DNA from: Paragordius varius
Taxonomy: Eukaryota > Animalia > Nematomorpha
DNA length: 64,000 nucleotides
Assembly: GCA_964247055.1 (NCBI GenBank)
Contig: OZ176054.1
Span: 1,426,001 to 1,490,000 of the forward strand
Direction of reading: 5' to 3'
The translations under genes and the position numbers were made by a program. The notes under the pieces were generated by a model that ran no database searches, was not told the DNA's origin, and saw only the letters and a program-made list of their open reading frames with translations. Within the stretch, counting starts at the first letter, position 1, and each line of letters begins with the position of its first letter. Positions 27,701 to 40,000 of the stretch are shown piece after piece.

Positions 27701-28859
27701 ACCGGTCTTGTGGTTGAAGGGGGAACTGCTTTGGCCGCTGGGGCTGAGACCGCTTTTGAATCTCTCACAGCTGGAAGTGAGACCTCTTTAGAATCTTTAA
27801 CGGCTTCTTCAAGTTCTTCAAGTTCATCCTCTTCCTTTACGGCGGCACTACAAGCCAACAGAGTCATCAGCAAAGGAACTGCCAAAGCAGTTGCATCTTT
27901 CGCCGTGCCCCCGACTGCGTATGGGGCTTATCGAGCCTCCGCTCATTCCTCCCATTCTGAAGGCGGTCCTTCTCATATCAGTAGTTCGGATGTACATACC
28001 CATATTCACACTGAAGTACACGAGGAACAACCTGAGGGCCCTGTCACCATTAGCAAGTTACAACCTAACCCAAATTCTATACGGATTGAACATGAAAGAC
28101 TGCTTGGTGGAGGGACAGACGGTCCCAGTTCTCCGAGCAGTGAAAGTCACTCATCGGATTCTTCGCAAACTCAGCATCAATTCAATGTTCCTTCCAAAAA
28201 ACGACCAGCTGAGGACAGACCACAAGGACGTAAGTCATTTTGAAATAATATTTTGAAAATTTCATTAATATTTTTTATACCCTTTTAGCTGAACCGAAAT
28301 CACAAAGATCAGGTAAAATTTTGTTAAACTGGAAAATTTAGTTGTGAAAAAAAATTAAGAGTTATACTCAATTAATTACTAAACATAAAATACCAATTAT
28401 TTTATAGATTCCGAATTATTGGAATCCTTACTTTCCCGAAAAAGATCCCGGACTCCAGTTAAAGCCCCTAAAAAAACTGTTAACCCTGCCTCTGCCCCCA
28501 CCCAAATACATGAGCCTTCGACATCTTCCGTTGTCCAACCCTCTCATCCTAATGCTGCGTCTAAACAGTTTGAGAGGCCTGCACAATCTACTCGAGATTC
28601 CAATAAACCCAGACAACAGGTATCGAAACTTTTGCAACAACCAAATGTTTTAAAAGCCTCTAAACCAAGGCGGCCACCAACCTCAAATCGTGTCATTCCT
28701 GAAACTGTGGAGTCACCGAGCATCCCAGACACGCCTGATACACCAAGAACCCTTTCCTCGAATCCAGGTTTATTTTATAATAAAATAATATGGCTTATTA
28801 CAGGGGTCTCCAACATGGGTCTGACAAAAATAGAAAATATGATCACCAAGAAAATTTGA
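12777..28859 (+). CDS. Secreted/surface multi-repeat protein built from symmetric phase-1 small exons (5' part of the MEG-like locus)
   Basis: Exon 12777-12858 encodes the signal peptide MASNLVLHIFALICFTELMIPGLSEFV. About 45 GT-AG exons follow, mostly multiples of 3 (e.g. 12918-12962, 13029-13055, 15841-15948, 20042-20176, 24919-25062, 25662-25757, 25963-26028, 27648-28229, 28289-28312, 28408-28767). Three domain copies carry EN(K/R)TCYY, Y.Y..R..TYLG and CPI motifs, followed by a Gly/Ala hydrophobic stretch and a Ser/Pro-rich region. A possible stop lies at 28857-28859 with AATAAA at 28911. A few junctions (14.4-14.6 kb, 26.0-26.4 kb) are unresolved. Confidence 0.8.
14062..14300. mobile_element. 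MITE family D (pogo/Tc1-like, TA-CAGTAAA...TACGGACAAAACG TIR)
   Basis: Inverted ends AATACGGACAAAACGTGA / TTACGTTTTGTCCGTATAATTTTTACTG-TA, with an internal AAAAGACAACC / GGTTGTCTTTT pair. Confidence 0.75.
14904..15128. mobile_element. MITE family D, degenerate
   Basis: TAGTAAAAATTTAAATTATACAGACAAAATG ... TTTACGTTTTGCCTGGATAATTTC. Confidence 0.6.
15208..15477. mobile_element. MITE family B
   Basis: TA-CCATTTACAGCTCAAATTCACCCTCGAACAATTCAAA ... GGGTGAATATGAATTGTTCGAG...ATGG. Confidence 0.75.
16071..16345. mobile_element. MITE family D
   Basis: TA-CAGTAAAGCAATTAAAATTATACTGACAAAACGTAAAAAT left end; degenerate right end ...TTTCGTCTGCGTAA. Confidence 0.65.
17634..18008. mobile_element. MITE family B (TA-CCATTTACAGTTCAAATTC TIR; 21-bp repeat TTGAACAATTCAAATTCACCC)
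   Basis: About 5 tandem 21-mers on the left arm, about 3-4 inverted 21-mers on the right arm, TA-flanked. Confidence 0.85.
18042..19267. mobile_element. ~1.2-kb foldback (near-complete palindrome) element, Tc1-like right terminus
   Basis: Arms ~18081-18632 and ~18685-19250 are reverse complements (e.g. CTCATGAGATAGCTTATGACCAGCGTATTCATTTGCCGC / GCGGCAAATGAATACGCTGGTCATAAGCTATCTCATG) around a ~50-bp spacer. The right end reads TA-CACAGTGTGCAAAAA on the minus strand. Confidence 0.85.
23974..24199. mobile_element. Chimeric A/B MITE
   Basis: The left end is family-A TA-CCATTTGCACTTCAAGAG. It is followed by the family-B repeat CGAACAATTCAAATTCACCC and a B-type right end TTTGAATTGTTCACGGG...AAATGG-TA. 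Confidence 0.6.
24228..24690. mobile_element. MITE family A, degenerate
   Basis: TCATTTGCACTTCAAGAG left end after a (TA)n tract. The internal GATACGGTTTC...AGTTGATG...AATAGGT matches the 45801 copy. Confidence 0.55.
27085..27575 (+). repeat. Intronic tandem repeat, ~6 units of 78-106 bp, each centred on (T)ACAG|GTAAAAATTGCGGTTTTT
   Basis: AG|GT junctions with GT at 27099, 27191, 27292, 27450 and 27556; a TG|GT variant at 27372. Confidence 0.8.
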
Positions 28860-29129
28860 ATCTTAAAAAATTAAAAAAGTCTCTTTTCATGTGGCAAAGT
28901 ACTCAAGTGTAATAAAAATTATAGTCATAATTTTTTTATTTTATTACAGTTTTATGTTTGAAATCTAATTAAATATTTAATAATGATCATGATTTTCAAA
29001 GGCGGCCCGCCGGATATGTTGGTCAACCTTTCTGTATAAGATAATGAGTGTCAACCCATATATATCCTTATATGAGTATTATTGGCAAATGCTTACTGAT
29101 CGTTAATTTTAACCCTAAATAAAACGTAG

Positions 29130-30131
29130 ATGAGAACTTGCGTCCTGTGGAAATTTTAGAAGAATCAAACCAGCCTGGAAGTATGCTATAATTCTAGTTA
29201 AATGACTTATCACATTATAATACTTCCCGAATATATAAAACGTAAACGAATTAAATACAAAGAGTCTCTATATTATCCACATTTATTTGCTTTATAGAAC
29301 ACCAAAACGTTAAAGATTGTAAGACTTTCATATATTAATTATTTTGTTTAGAGTATCAATTATTTGTATAAATAGTTTTAAAAATGTTAAAATATTTAAA
29401 ATTAAAAGTTGATCCTATATATATATATATATTGGCTTAAAACCAACATTTTTCCAAGCAAACGCAACATTATTTCAAGCAAGCTTATTTTTTCATTCAA
29501 ACGTACTTTTTCAAGAAAGGACAATTGAATTGTCTTGAAATAATGTTGGGTTTGCTTGAAAAAATGTTGCTGTTGACTGAAAAATGGTATGTATGTCATT
29601 AATTTTTAATAACTATGAAAAAATTTTTCAGAATTTTTGAAAATTAATTATTAATACTTGAGTGCCTATTACTAAATGGTTGTATTTTATATATTTCATA
29701 TATTATTTTTTATATACATTCAAGGGCTAAGAAGTAATTATTACTGCTAATATATTTGTGATGGATACAGTAACGAGAGCTATTAATAATTTCAGCTTTT
29801 ATAAATAGCTTAAACTTAAAGTGTAAAATGTATTAAATGTCAGTTGTCATGTATATTTTTATTTTCAATATTTGAATTGATAAATAAAATTATTGCAACA
29901 TGACAATGCAAATAAAAAACCCTTTTACCCATTTAAAATTCTGAACATGCCAATAATATCTCTCGTTAAATTTTACACAGATTGAATTTTGATAGAAAAT
30001 CAATTTTAAATAATTTTTTAATTCAAATATAGTAAAATTTATTTTCATATTAATTAACTTTATATTAATGTTTTACGAAATCCAAATATACAGGATCTCA
30101 CGGTATTCCTGGTAAGTCACCGTTAAATATA

Positions 30132-30168
<37 letters not shown>

Positions 30169-33100
30169 GTAATAAATATTTAATAAATATCCCTTTGACT
30201 AATTAATTTTCATTTCACAAAACCAGTATCTGATGAAATTTTACCCACCGAAAACGGTAATTTTACAATAAATATTGTATTCATCTTATATAGAGTAAAA
30301 ATTGAAATTATACGGACAAAACGTAAAATATAAAATATTGTTTCTAAAAGTAATCATATTTTTTAAAAACTTTATTTATTTAAACAAAACTCATTGTTTT
30401 AAAATGCAAAATATTTAATAAAAATGTATATTAGTAACACATCAAGTAATATTGTGCAATCGTAATTAAATTATAAAAAATAATGGTTTAAAAAAGTATG
30501 GTTGTCTTTTGAAAAAAGATATTAGTCTTATATTTTCCGTTTTATCCGTATTCAATTTTTATGTATTTTTGTGACATCATTTGTTATAATGAAAATTCAG
30601 CTAAAGCATTTAAAATTGTTCCACTTTTTTTACAAAATGCATAGTTCAACGTCAGGAATCAGCCATACACAGCGATAATGGTATTTTTTATAATTTTGAA
30701 ATTTTCCAAAATAGGTTCTCATTACTTATTTTTGCTTATTTAGGAGGATCACCTTCAAGTATTTATTATTAACAACAACAGCACGAATATCCCAAATCTA
30801 ATGATCAATAATTTGATATATTAATTATATTAAATATAGAGATTTGATTAGCTACATTTTACAAATAATATAAAAATGCCCAGGTGTCGTTTTAATTAAA
30901 GTGCCTTTTGTTTGATCAAAAAAATTCATTTTTCTTGGAAACCGTTTTTAACAATGAATAAGGCATATATTTTGTGTGACTCTTCCGTGCCGCATCAAAT
31001 ATTTATAAAATAAGTGGTTTAAATATTTGTTAAATACCTAAAATGCTACACATGGCTAACAGGAGCGACGCACTGTTTTGACGATTAACAATCACTAATG
31101 TTTATTTAATCTTGATAAGTAAAAAGTAAATACTCTAAAATTAATTTTACATGGTTATTTTAGCAATTGAATTGGAATCACAATCGAATTCCCATTCTAC
31201 AAGTATAGCTGATTATTTTATATCTTATTTGTGATCGATAAATAATTATTTTATTTAACTTATTTAACAATGAACCTCAGCTCTCTTTTAATTTCATATA
31301 TTTTTGCAAAAATTTTAAATTTTATTTATATATCTTATACTCCTTATTTAGTGGTCGTTTCATCAGATCCTGGTAAATATTCTTCTTTGAATAATATTAT
31401 CATAACCTCTACAGATCCTTGCAAGCGATTCTATTAAAACTCCATTTAATATATAATAACCTTTATCATTAAAAATATTATATAAATGTACTAATCACAC
31501 AATCTGGAGTCATAGTAAATGTATATTTTTGAACTATAATACTAAGATCCCCATACTTTAGGTTAAAGGGTATACGATATACATTAATAATTTAAATTAC
31601 ACAAACAAAACGTAAAAATTAAAAAATATATTTCATAAAAAGACAACCATATTTTTAAACCTTTATTTTTAATACTCGTTTGGTACAATTGTATCACACT
31701 CTGTTGTTTGTTAACACATACATAATATCACAATCGTTAGCATAAACATTATTTAGAAAATTTAAAATATGGCTCTCTTTTCATAAACCATATTTATTCT
31801 TTTAATTTTATGTTTGTCTAAAAATAATTTTGATTTTTAATTTACAATTAATTGTATAAAGAATAAAGGGATATTGTTTTAGATCGCTAATTTTGTAAGG
31901 AAATAATTTATTTTGTCTAAATAACAATTATAAAACATATGCAATTATGATTAAAAAATTACTTCCATTACACTTTTCAAAAATAACATATACAGTTTTG
32001 AATTCCATTTAAAACAAATAAATGATTTTAAAGGTCATTAATTGGCCAATTTTGTTGTAACAACATTATAAAATTCGTTTAGAATAATAAAACATATGTT
32101 TGGCCGCATTGAGATGATAATTATATCAAGTTTTAAATTCCTTTTTGGGTCCAATACTCCAAAAAAATAAAGTATTATGCAAGTATAATCTTTTATTGCC
32201 GAATTGCATAGAGCATCACATAAATTCCAATTGAATCATAGTTGATTTATATGGTATTTTGAAAGCAACAATGTTTGAGAATCAGGAAACTAAAATATTA
32301 GTTACTACTCCGGTTTCAAGTCAAATTTATAGCTCTTGTTTTTCGCATACAAGGAATTTTTCTTGAAACAGGGATGGACTGTATCACTATGGGTTTCGAT
32401 AATTTTAAACCATTTAATTTTAAACAACTACTGGTTTTCCTTTATTAATCGTACGGTCCATTCTCAAAAGGACCATAAAATCCTGATAAATTTTTGCGTT
32501 TGATGTATTAATCTTTATCGCTACCTTATAAATGAATGATTTAAAAAAATTTCTTTTAAAAAATACAGATGGAAATCCCGATTCCATTCAAAGTACTGAC
32601 ACAATCACACAAATTCATTCGCAGGATAGTAAGAATATATCTAATTTTTTTAGCAGTCAGACTCTCAGATACAAATTCCCCACGCGGTATTTTTAAAAAA
32701 ACTAAACATATTTATACATATATATAATGTGCAATATAGGTTCAATGTTTATAATTTGCTTATATTAGCATGCATAGGAAATTTACCAGTTTTCACCGAA
32801 AAAAAATTGACAGCTAAATTAGAACTAAACTAAAATATTATAGCAGTCAGCAGTTTCGAAAATAGTAATAAAAATTTATTGGTGAATATGGCTCAATCTT
32901 TCGAACAGGGGTGCATAAATATCGGCTTCTTTTATAATTTCTGGTTTTTTAAGCCCACTACATCTTCTGAATAATGGTAAATTTTGGATTAAAATTCTTT
33001 TTTTAACATTTTTAGAGCACTTTTGCATACCAAAAAAGCGTGTTGAGCATCCCTACTTTAAATAAAATATGGTGTTTTTAATAGTTTAGGCATAAAAATA

Positions 33101-34268
33101 TGTTAATTTTAATAATAAAGTTTTTAACATGATGAGTTTATCTACTAAACCATATATTTTATTTCTCCCATCTCAGAAACCAAACAAATTAATCATATGT
33201 AATAATATTCGCCGGATTTTTCAGTCAAGAGTGCGACCGCTAATAAATTTTGAATATTTTTAACACTTTATTACGTTTTCAAGTTTGTATTTTGGGGGGA
33301 GTTTTATCCTAAGAGCCATACTAAATAAGCTATTTGGAAAAATGTTTTTTTAAATTTCTGACAACTGTATCAAAAAAAAGTTAAATTTTAAAGTGTTCTT
33401 ACACTTGGAGCTTACCAACGGTTAAAAAACGCTAGCATTTAAAAAATTTACTATATTGTTCAAAAAACTAAGGTTAAATATTTACTTAATTTTCATAAAA
33501 TTGATTGCGATTTCTGTTTTAGAAATTTAAAAAAACACGAAAAAAAATTGGTTATAGTGTAATATCCACAATACATTTTATTTAAAATAAATGAATATTT
33601 TAGAGATCGGTCCAATATCTTATATATATTATGTTATTCAAAAGCTAGGAAAATTTTTATCTTATTTTCTTTAAAAACATCTGATTTTTATATTTCGGTT
33701 AACTTTACAAAAATAAATTTTTTATTACCTCTAATATATCATTTAAACTTCAAATTGACCGTTGTTCACCCTTGAACAATTTAATTTCACCGTATAAATT
33801 TCTATTTTAATATTAAAATTTACCTATATTTTTTTAAAAAAACTTTGTTTAACATTAAAATGATAGTACTGAAAAAATAATAAACTCATAAATTATTTGT
33901 CGAACACAATTTTTTTAATTTAAATTGCTCAAGGTGAACTCTGATTGTTTAAGGGTGAATTGGAATCGTAAATGGTATTAAAGGTTTAACCATTTTAATT
34001 AAACGAAAATTCTATAAACAATTCCTAAAAACAATTGACGAATCAGTTTATTATTCTACTTTGAAACAAACGCCTAAAATTATTTGGAATAACTGGTAGA
34101 TTTCCTATTTGAATAATATAAATTTACTATTTATTAATGCAACTATATTATGATAGATTCATCTGTATCCATACACTCGCAACAAAGTAGAAATAAAAAT
34201 AATAATAAAAATATTAATTATAAAAACTTAGCTGAAATCGTGGCATCACCAGCTCAAGGTTAGTGTTT

Positions 34269-34324
<56 letters not shown>

Positions 34325-37016
34325 TTTAAAAATTGGGAAATTATTTTTTTATCAGTAAATTTGGCCGTATACTTTATATTTTTATTTAAATTGAGGAAAA
34401 ATTATTTATTTATTAAAATTTTTTTCTATCCATAAATTATTTTTAATGGTGTCTATAGATAAAAATAAAATATACATAACATTATCGGTAGGTCTCCAAG
34501 ATCCCCCCAATCAAATCAAATATATGTCTATATAAAAAATTCTTTTTTTAGAAAATTACAATTTTATAATTTTTATATAATTTTTTTGGCTATACAGCAA
34601 ATAACCAGCATTCACGTGATGTTGCAGATCCCCTACAAAATATCCAGTCTATAGAAAGTTGCATTTTCATATTTTAATCTTAATTAGCTCTGATAATATC
34701 TGATACCGATTCACCACGTCGTAATATTTTTTATATATTCAAACATATTTTATTGGAAAATCTAATATTTTCTCCTATTAGTTCCGTCATACCCATCTAT
34801 TCACTCGCAACAAAGTAGAAATTAACTATTTTTTTACTTTTAACAATAAATTAAAATTATATACTATTTAGCCTTGATCAGGGAGTCACCAGCTCATGGT
34901 AAACTTTTGAATCCAATATTATATTATTTGGTACAGGTTATTATATAAAAAACGATCAGACATTTATGAGAAAGAATATTTAACACAACAAAATTACAAA
35001 TAAGATTTGACTTAGAGTGGTTAGGTTTTTCTTTGTGGAATAGTGTCCTTAAAAGTAAATAATTTGAAATTGATTGCGCGATGAATCTCTTATATGTTAC
35101 AGCATGCTATTTTTATTTTTTGTTGAAGCGTACATCTGATTATTATGCCAAAAGAATCTTACAAAATTCATTGAAATTTAAACAGTTGTGGCTTTAAGTA
35201 TATATGTATATGATAGATAGCATAATTACGAATTAATTTTAGCATTTTAATTAAGTTATGAGCTAAAAAGATACATTATCAATAGATAAGCCTTTATAGA
35301 TACGCATTGGGGGAAGAATAATATCATTTTTAGAAAAATAGTTTCTATAATCGTATAAATTGCCAAATAGATTATATAGCTAAAATTTGTTGATTATAAT
35401 TTTTGCAGATAAAAAATCGCAAAAACGGGTCAAACCACGCTGCTCGTCAAACATATTTTTTTGGTAAAAGAGTAGTATTTAAAACATATATTTTAAAAAA
35501 GTTCTGTCTTTTCGAAATAAGTCATTGCTTTATTTAACCAAAATAGAAAAGTTAATATATTTTAATCATGAATTTATGTATATATTATAAATTTACAGCA
35601 AGTAATATCCCTTCGCTTCAAGGCTCAGATATACCAGACATTAATTCGATAGAAAGTTGCATTTTCATATTTTAACCTTTATTAGCTCAAAGAATATCTG
35701 ATACGAATTCACCACATCGTAATATTTTCGATATTTTCAAAATTATTTTATGAACTAATCTTTTCTCCTATTAGTTCCATCCTACCCATCTTCTATCCAT
35801 TCGCAACAAAGTAAAACTTAGACTATTTTTTTCTCTTTTAATAAATTATTACTCATTATAATTTTAGCCCTAATCAGGGATTCCCCAGCTCATGGTAAAT
35901 TTTCAACAAAATATTTTATTTTATTCTAAACAATAAAAATCGATCAGATATTTAAGAACGCGACCGACTTTCAATGAAAATCAAAATAATTTTAACAACA
36001 TTTTACACAATAATCTGAATGACATTTAAAATTTTTTTTTTAATAATTTAAAAAATGTAATTTAAAAATTATTATTCAGCTATAAAAATATAATTGATAC
36101 TTCAAAAATAATAAAAAATTGGTAAAAGTATTTGTAAGGACAATGTGTGTCGACAAATTTAAGATATGTCTTATAAAATATATGTATTATAATATTAAAT
36201 AGTTGCCAAATGTCAAAAACATACATTTTCAGTAGATATATTGACGTCATATAGCGCACAGGATATAATGTATCATTTTAAAAATATATTCTCTTTAATC
36301 TTATAAATTTGCTAAAATTTTTCAGATTTAAATTTAACTGCTACATGTGAAAAAACGAAAAAACAGTTGTTTCACATTTAAAACAAGTGTGCCCAATTTA
36401 AATTTTCCTTCTATACATTATAAAATCATCACATTCTGTGCTTTTGAAGTCGGGTGCATATAACCTTATTTACCCAAAATAAAGCGTATAGCAATCAAAT
36501 TAATAAAACGATATATTTAAATTATACAGCAGGTAATATCCCTTCGCTTCAAGGTTCAGATATACCAAACATTCACTCGGTAGAAAGTATACATTTCCAT
36601 TTTTAACCTTTTTTAGCTATAAGGAATTCGGGTATTGATTCAAGTCTTAAAATTTTTTATATATTTAAAATTATTAATCTAATCTTTCTCCTATTAGTTT
36701 CATCCCCATCTATTCACTCACAACAAAGTAGAACTTAAACTATTTCTTCATTCAAAAATAAATTATTAATCAATATAATTTTAGCCTTAATCAGGGATTC
36801 ACCAGCTCATGGTAAATTTTCAACAAAATTCCATTTTATTATAAACAATAAAAATTGATCAGACATTTATGGACGCGACCGACTTTCAACAAGAATCAAA
36901 ATAATTTTAGCGATAGGTCCAAATTTTAGTCAAATTATTTAACTTATTGAAATTATAATCTTTAATTCGTAGCAGTCCACACAAAATAAATATCTTGATG
37001 AAATAAAATTTAGCAT

Positions 37017-37047
<31 letters not shown>

Positions 37048-40000
37048 TCCCTAATCTTATAACAAACTTGTACCATTTTTTGATTAACAGATAGAGTAAA
37101 GCTGGAAATTATACGGACAAAACGTAAAAATAAAACGACAAATATTTTTTCTGAAAGAAAACCCTACCTTTTTGTCGTTGTAGGGATAATTAAGAAAGTA
37201 ACAAAAGTAAAAATAGATAAAGTTATTTATTCGTTTTCTAGTCTTTATATAATATTTTTGTGTAAACATAATTTGCATGATTAAAACATCAAGAAACTAA
37301 TGGATATTTTATTTACATAATACAAAAATATAAAAACATAGACTATGCAAATATCACTAAAATTTATATCATACATAAAAAATATAATTAAAATTTGTAT
37401 ATATACACTTGAAGACCCTAATTTTTCCTACACCATTATAATTTTAATTAATACAATTGGTGTTAATAACACTGGACAACAAATTTTTCTGCCACTCGAG
37501 TTTTTTGCATATTACCATCTTTTAACAGTTAATCAGAATTAAATTATAATTTCACCTAAAAATTTTTGAACTTGATTTTTCTGATTATGCGTCCTCTTTA
37601 TCAAAATTTTACTAAAAAATGTTTTGCTTTGAAAATATACAAGAAATGCTGTTTGTAATACATCATTCGAAAGAGTAATAAATACTCTACAAAATGTTTA
37701 CTAAAAGTTTTACCAACAGTTAATATTGGAGTTAAGAAGCGACAAACTTACAAAGCGAGAGCGTTTTCCTAATTAAAATACTTTTAAAAATATTGGATGA
37801 AAATAGCGCCAACTTTTTCTAGATGGCAATGAGTGTTCAAAAACGACAAAAGAAAGTTTTTTTGATTAAATTATTTATTGCTTGTATGTCATTCAAACAG
37901 CCATTTTAAAATTTGTATTTTAAAAAATTACCATCTCATCAATATTATTTTATTTACTTTATTAGGCTTAAAATTTCGAAATTTTAAGACTAAATAAAGT
38001 TTAAGGTGTTCTATAATTTTTTCAACGAATATTTAAATTTACATTTTTAACGATGCATTTTATTATCCACTTCTATAAATATGATAATATAATTTTTATT
38101 AAAAAAGCAAACCAAAAGCTTTTTTTAAAAATTGTTATAAATTTTTATGTGTAACCCTAATAATTATATTAAAATAATTTCTATAATTTTCAAATTTGTT
38201 ACTCTGTAAAAATTATTGACTTATTTAAGGGTTGAAAATATGAACCCAAATAACTTTTAAATCAGATTGATTTGAATAAGAGTTTTTCGCGCTCTTCGAA
38301 TGATATAAAATATAAGGCTCTATATTTAAAACTTTTAATTTTGAAAATTTCATGTTAAATCGGAGATCGATAAATCCTAATAAAATTCTTAGGTGCTAGA
38401 CCAATTTTTTTAAGATATACTATTTATGTACTTTAATGACATAATTTAAATTTACAAGAATGGTAGTTAAAAAAGTCAAATGTTGTCTAGTATAATTTAC
38501 AGATCTATTCCTTGTTAACCACAACAATAAAACATTGAATGGATTGCCTTTGAAAAGTGTGTCTATTTAAAAAATATTTTTCTTTATATTTTTAGGATTT
38601 GTTCGTATAATTTTAATACTGTAATAAAAAATTTAAGATTTTACTGTATGATCTGAATGATACAAAAAAATGTAATTAAAAAATTAATATTCTAGCGATG
38701 AAAAATTAAATTGGTACTTAAAAAATTGGTAAAAATAAGGTAAATGTGTGTCGACAAATTTAACATATGTTTCATAAAATATATGTATAGTACTATATTT
38801 CAATATTTGCTAAATTCCAAAAGCATACATATTCAATAAGGGATTATTCAGGTCAGATGGCGGGTAGGGGCATAAATGTAAAATTATAAATTCTCTATAA
38901 ACTTATAGAATTGCATTATAAAAAAAGAAACAGTTGTTTTACGATTAAAACAAGTGTGCCCAATTTAACTTTTGGCTCTAATCAACATTATTGAATCATT
39001 ACCTTTTGTGCTTTTGAAGTCGGGTGCATATAACCTTATATACCCAAAATAGTAAAGCGTATGCTATATTACCAACAAATTAATAAACGATATATTTATA
39101 TTACAACAGCAAGTAATATCCCTTCGCTTCAAGGTTCGGATACACAAGACATTTATTCGATGGAAAGTTTGAATTTTCATTTTTAACCTTTTTAGCTATA
39201 AGAAATTCGGATATCGATTCACCACGTAAATTTTGATATTCATGTTATAATTACAAATAAATATATTTTTGTCAGATCCCTCAAACAACCCATCTATTCA
39301 CTCGCAACAAAGTAAAAATTGAATTGTTTTATTGTATCTGAATTAATTAATAATAAAAAATTATTTTAGCCGAGATCTTAGATTCACCTTCGCATGGTAA
39401 GTAATTGCTTTCAAAAATATAACTATTTTATATTTTAATTGATGAACATATCTTAAAAAATTATCATCAGATGTTTTTGAATATGGACATTCTAACACAA
39501 AAGTGATAAATGGTTTAAAATATAAGACATTTCAAAATCAGCATCAGATAACTGCAAATATATCACAAAAATATTAATAATGTCCCTGTTTTAATGGATG
39601 CAAAATCCATAAAAAAGACTTATTAGTTAGCACTCCATTATCCTTTAAGGTGGTTATATATCCCGAGCGATTTGAAATTCGAATATCTTAAAAAATATAT
39701 AAGGTATTATAAGCCGAATTTAAAAATAGTTTTTATGGAACATTATACAAAAAAATTTAAAATTTTGAAAAAATTCTCATCTCAAACTTTTTTGCGGCCG
39801 TTTTTTTTCTAAAAATTTTTGCTGGCTAAGTGCAACAGGCAAATATATGTATATGAAAACAAGAAAATGTAAACAATTAACTTTCAGAATATTTTGGCTT
39901 CATTTTACCAGGAAAACTTTATTTTGTGTTGTAACCGTGTTTTGGAGCTGTCCCAGTTTTCGGCTCTACAAGTCACAAAAAATATTAGTTTTTTTCTCAT

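Larger units (their letters stand above)
32569..39396 (+). repeat. Five tandem copies of a 4-micro-exon cassette (exons + introns)
   Basis: Copies at 32569-34258, 34598-34898, 35599-35894, 36530-36811 and 39110-39396 share CATTCGCAACAAA|gt and CACCAGCTCATG|gt exon ends. Intronic homology is also present (e.g. GTGTGTCGACAAATTTAA at ~36145 and ~38785). Confidence 0.88.

Noticed and set aside
27634-28732. Antisense and alternative-frame ORFs over the two large exons
   Set aside because: These are shadow ORFs of GC-richer low-complexity coding exons; only the + frame fits the splice phases.
31415-31450. Acceptor-like sites at 30782 and 31415 as further micro-exons
   Set aside because: In phase 1 they hit a stop before any GT donor; they could be decayed or alternative terminal exons but are unsupported.
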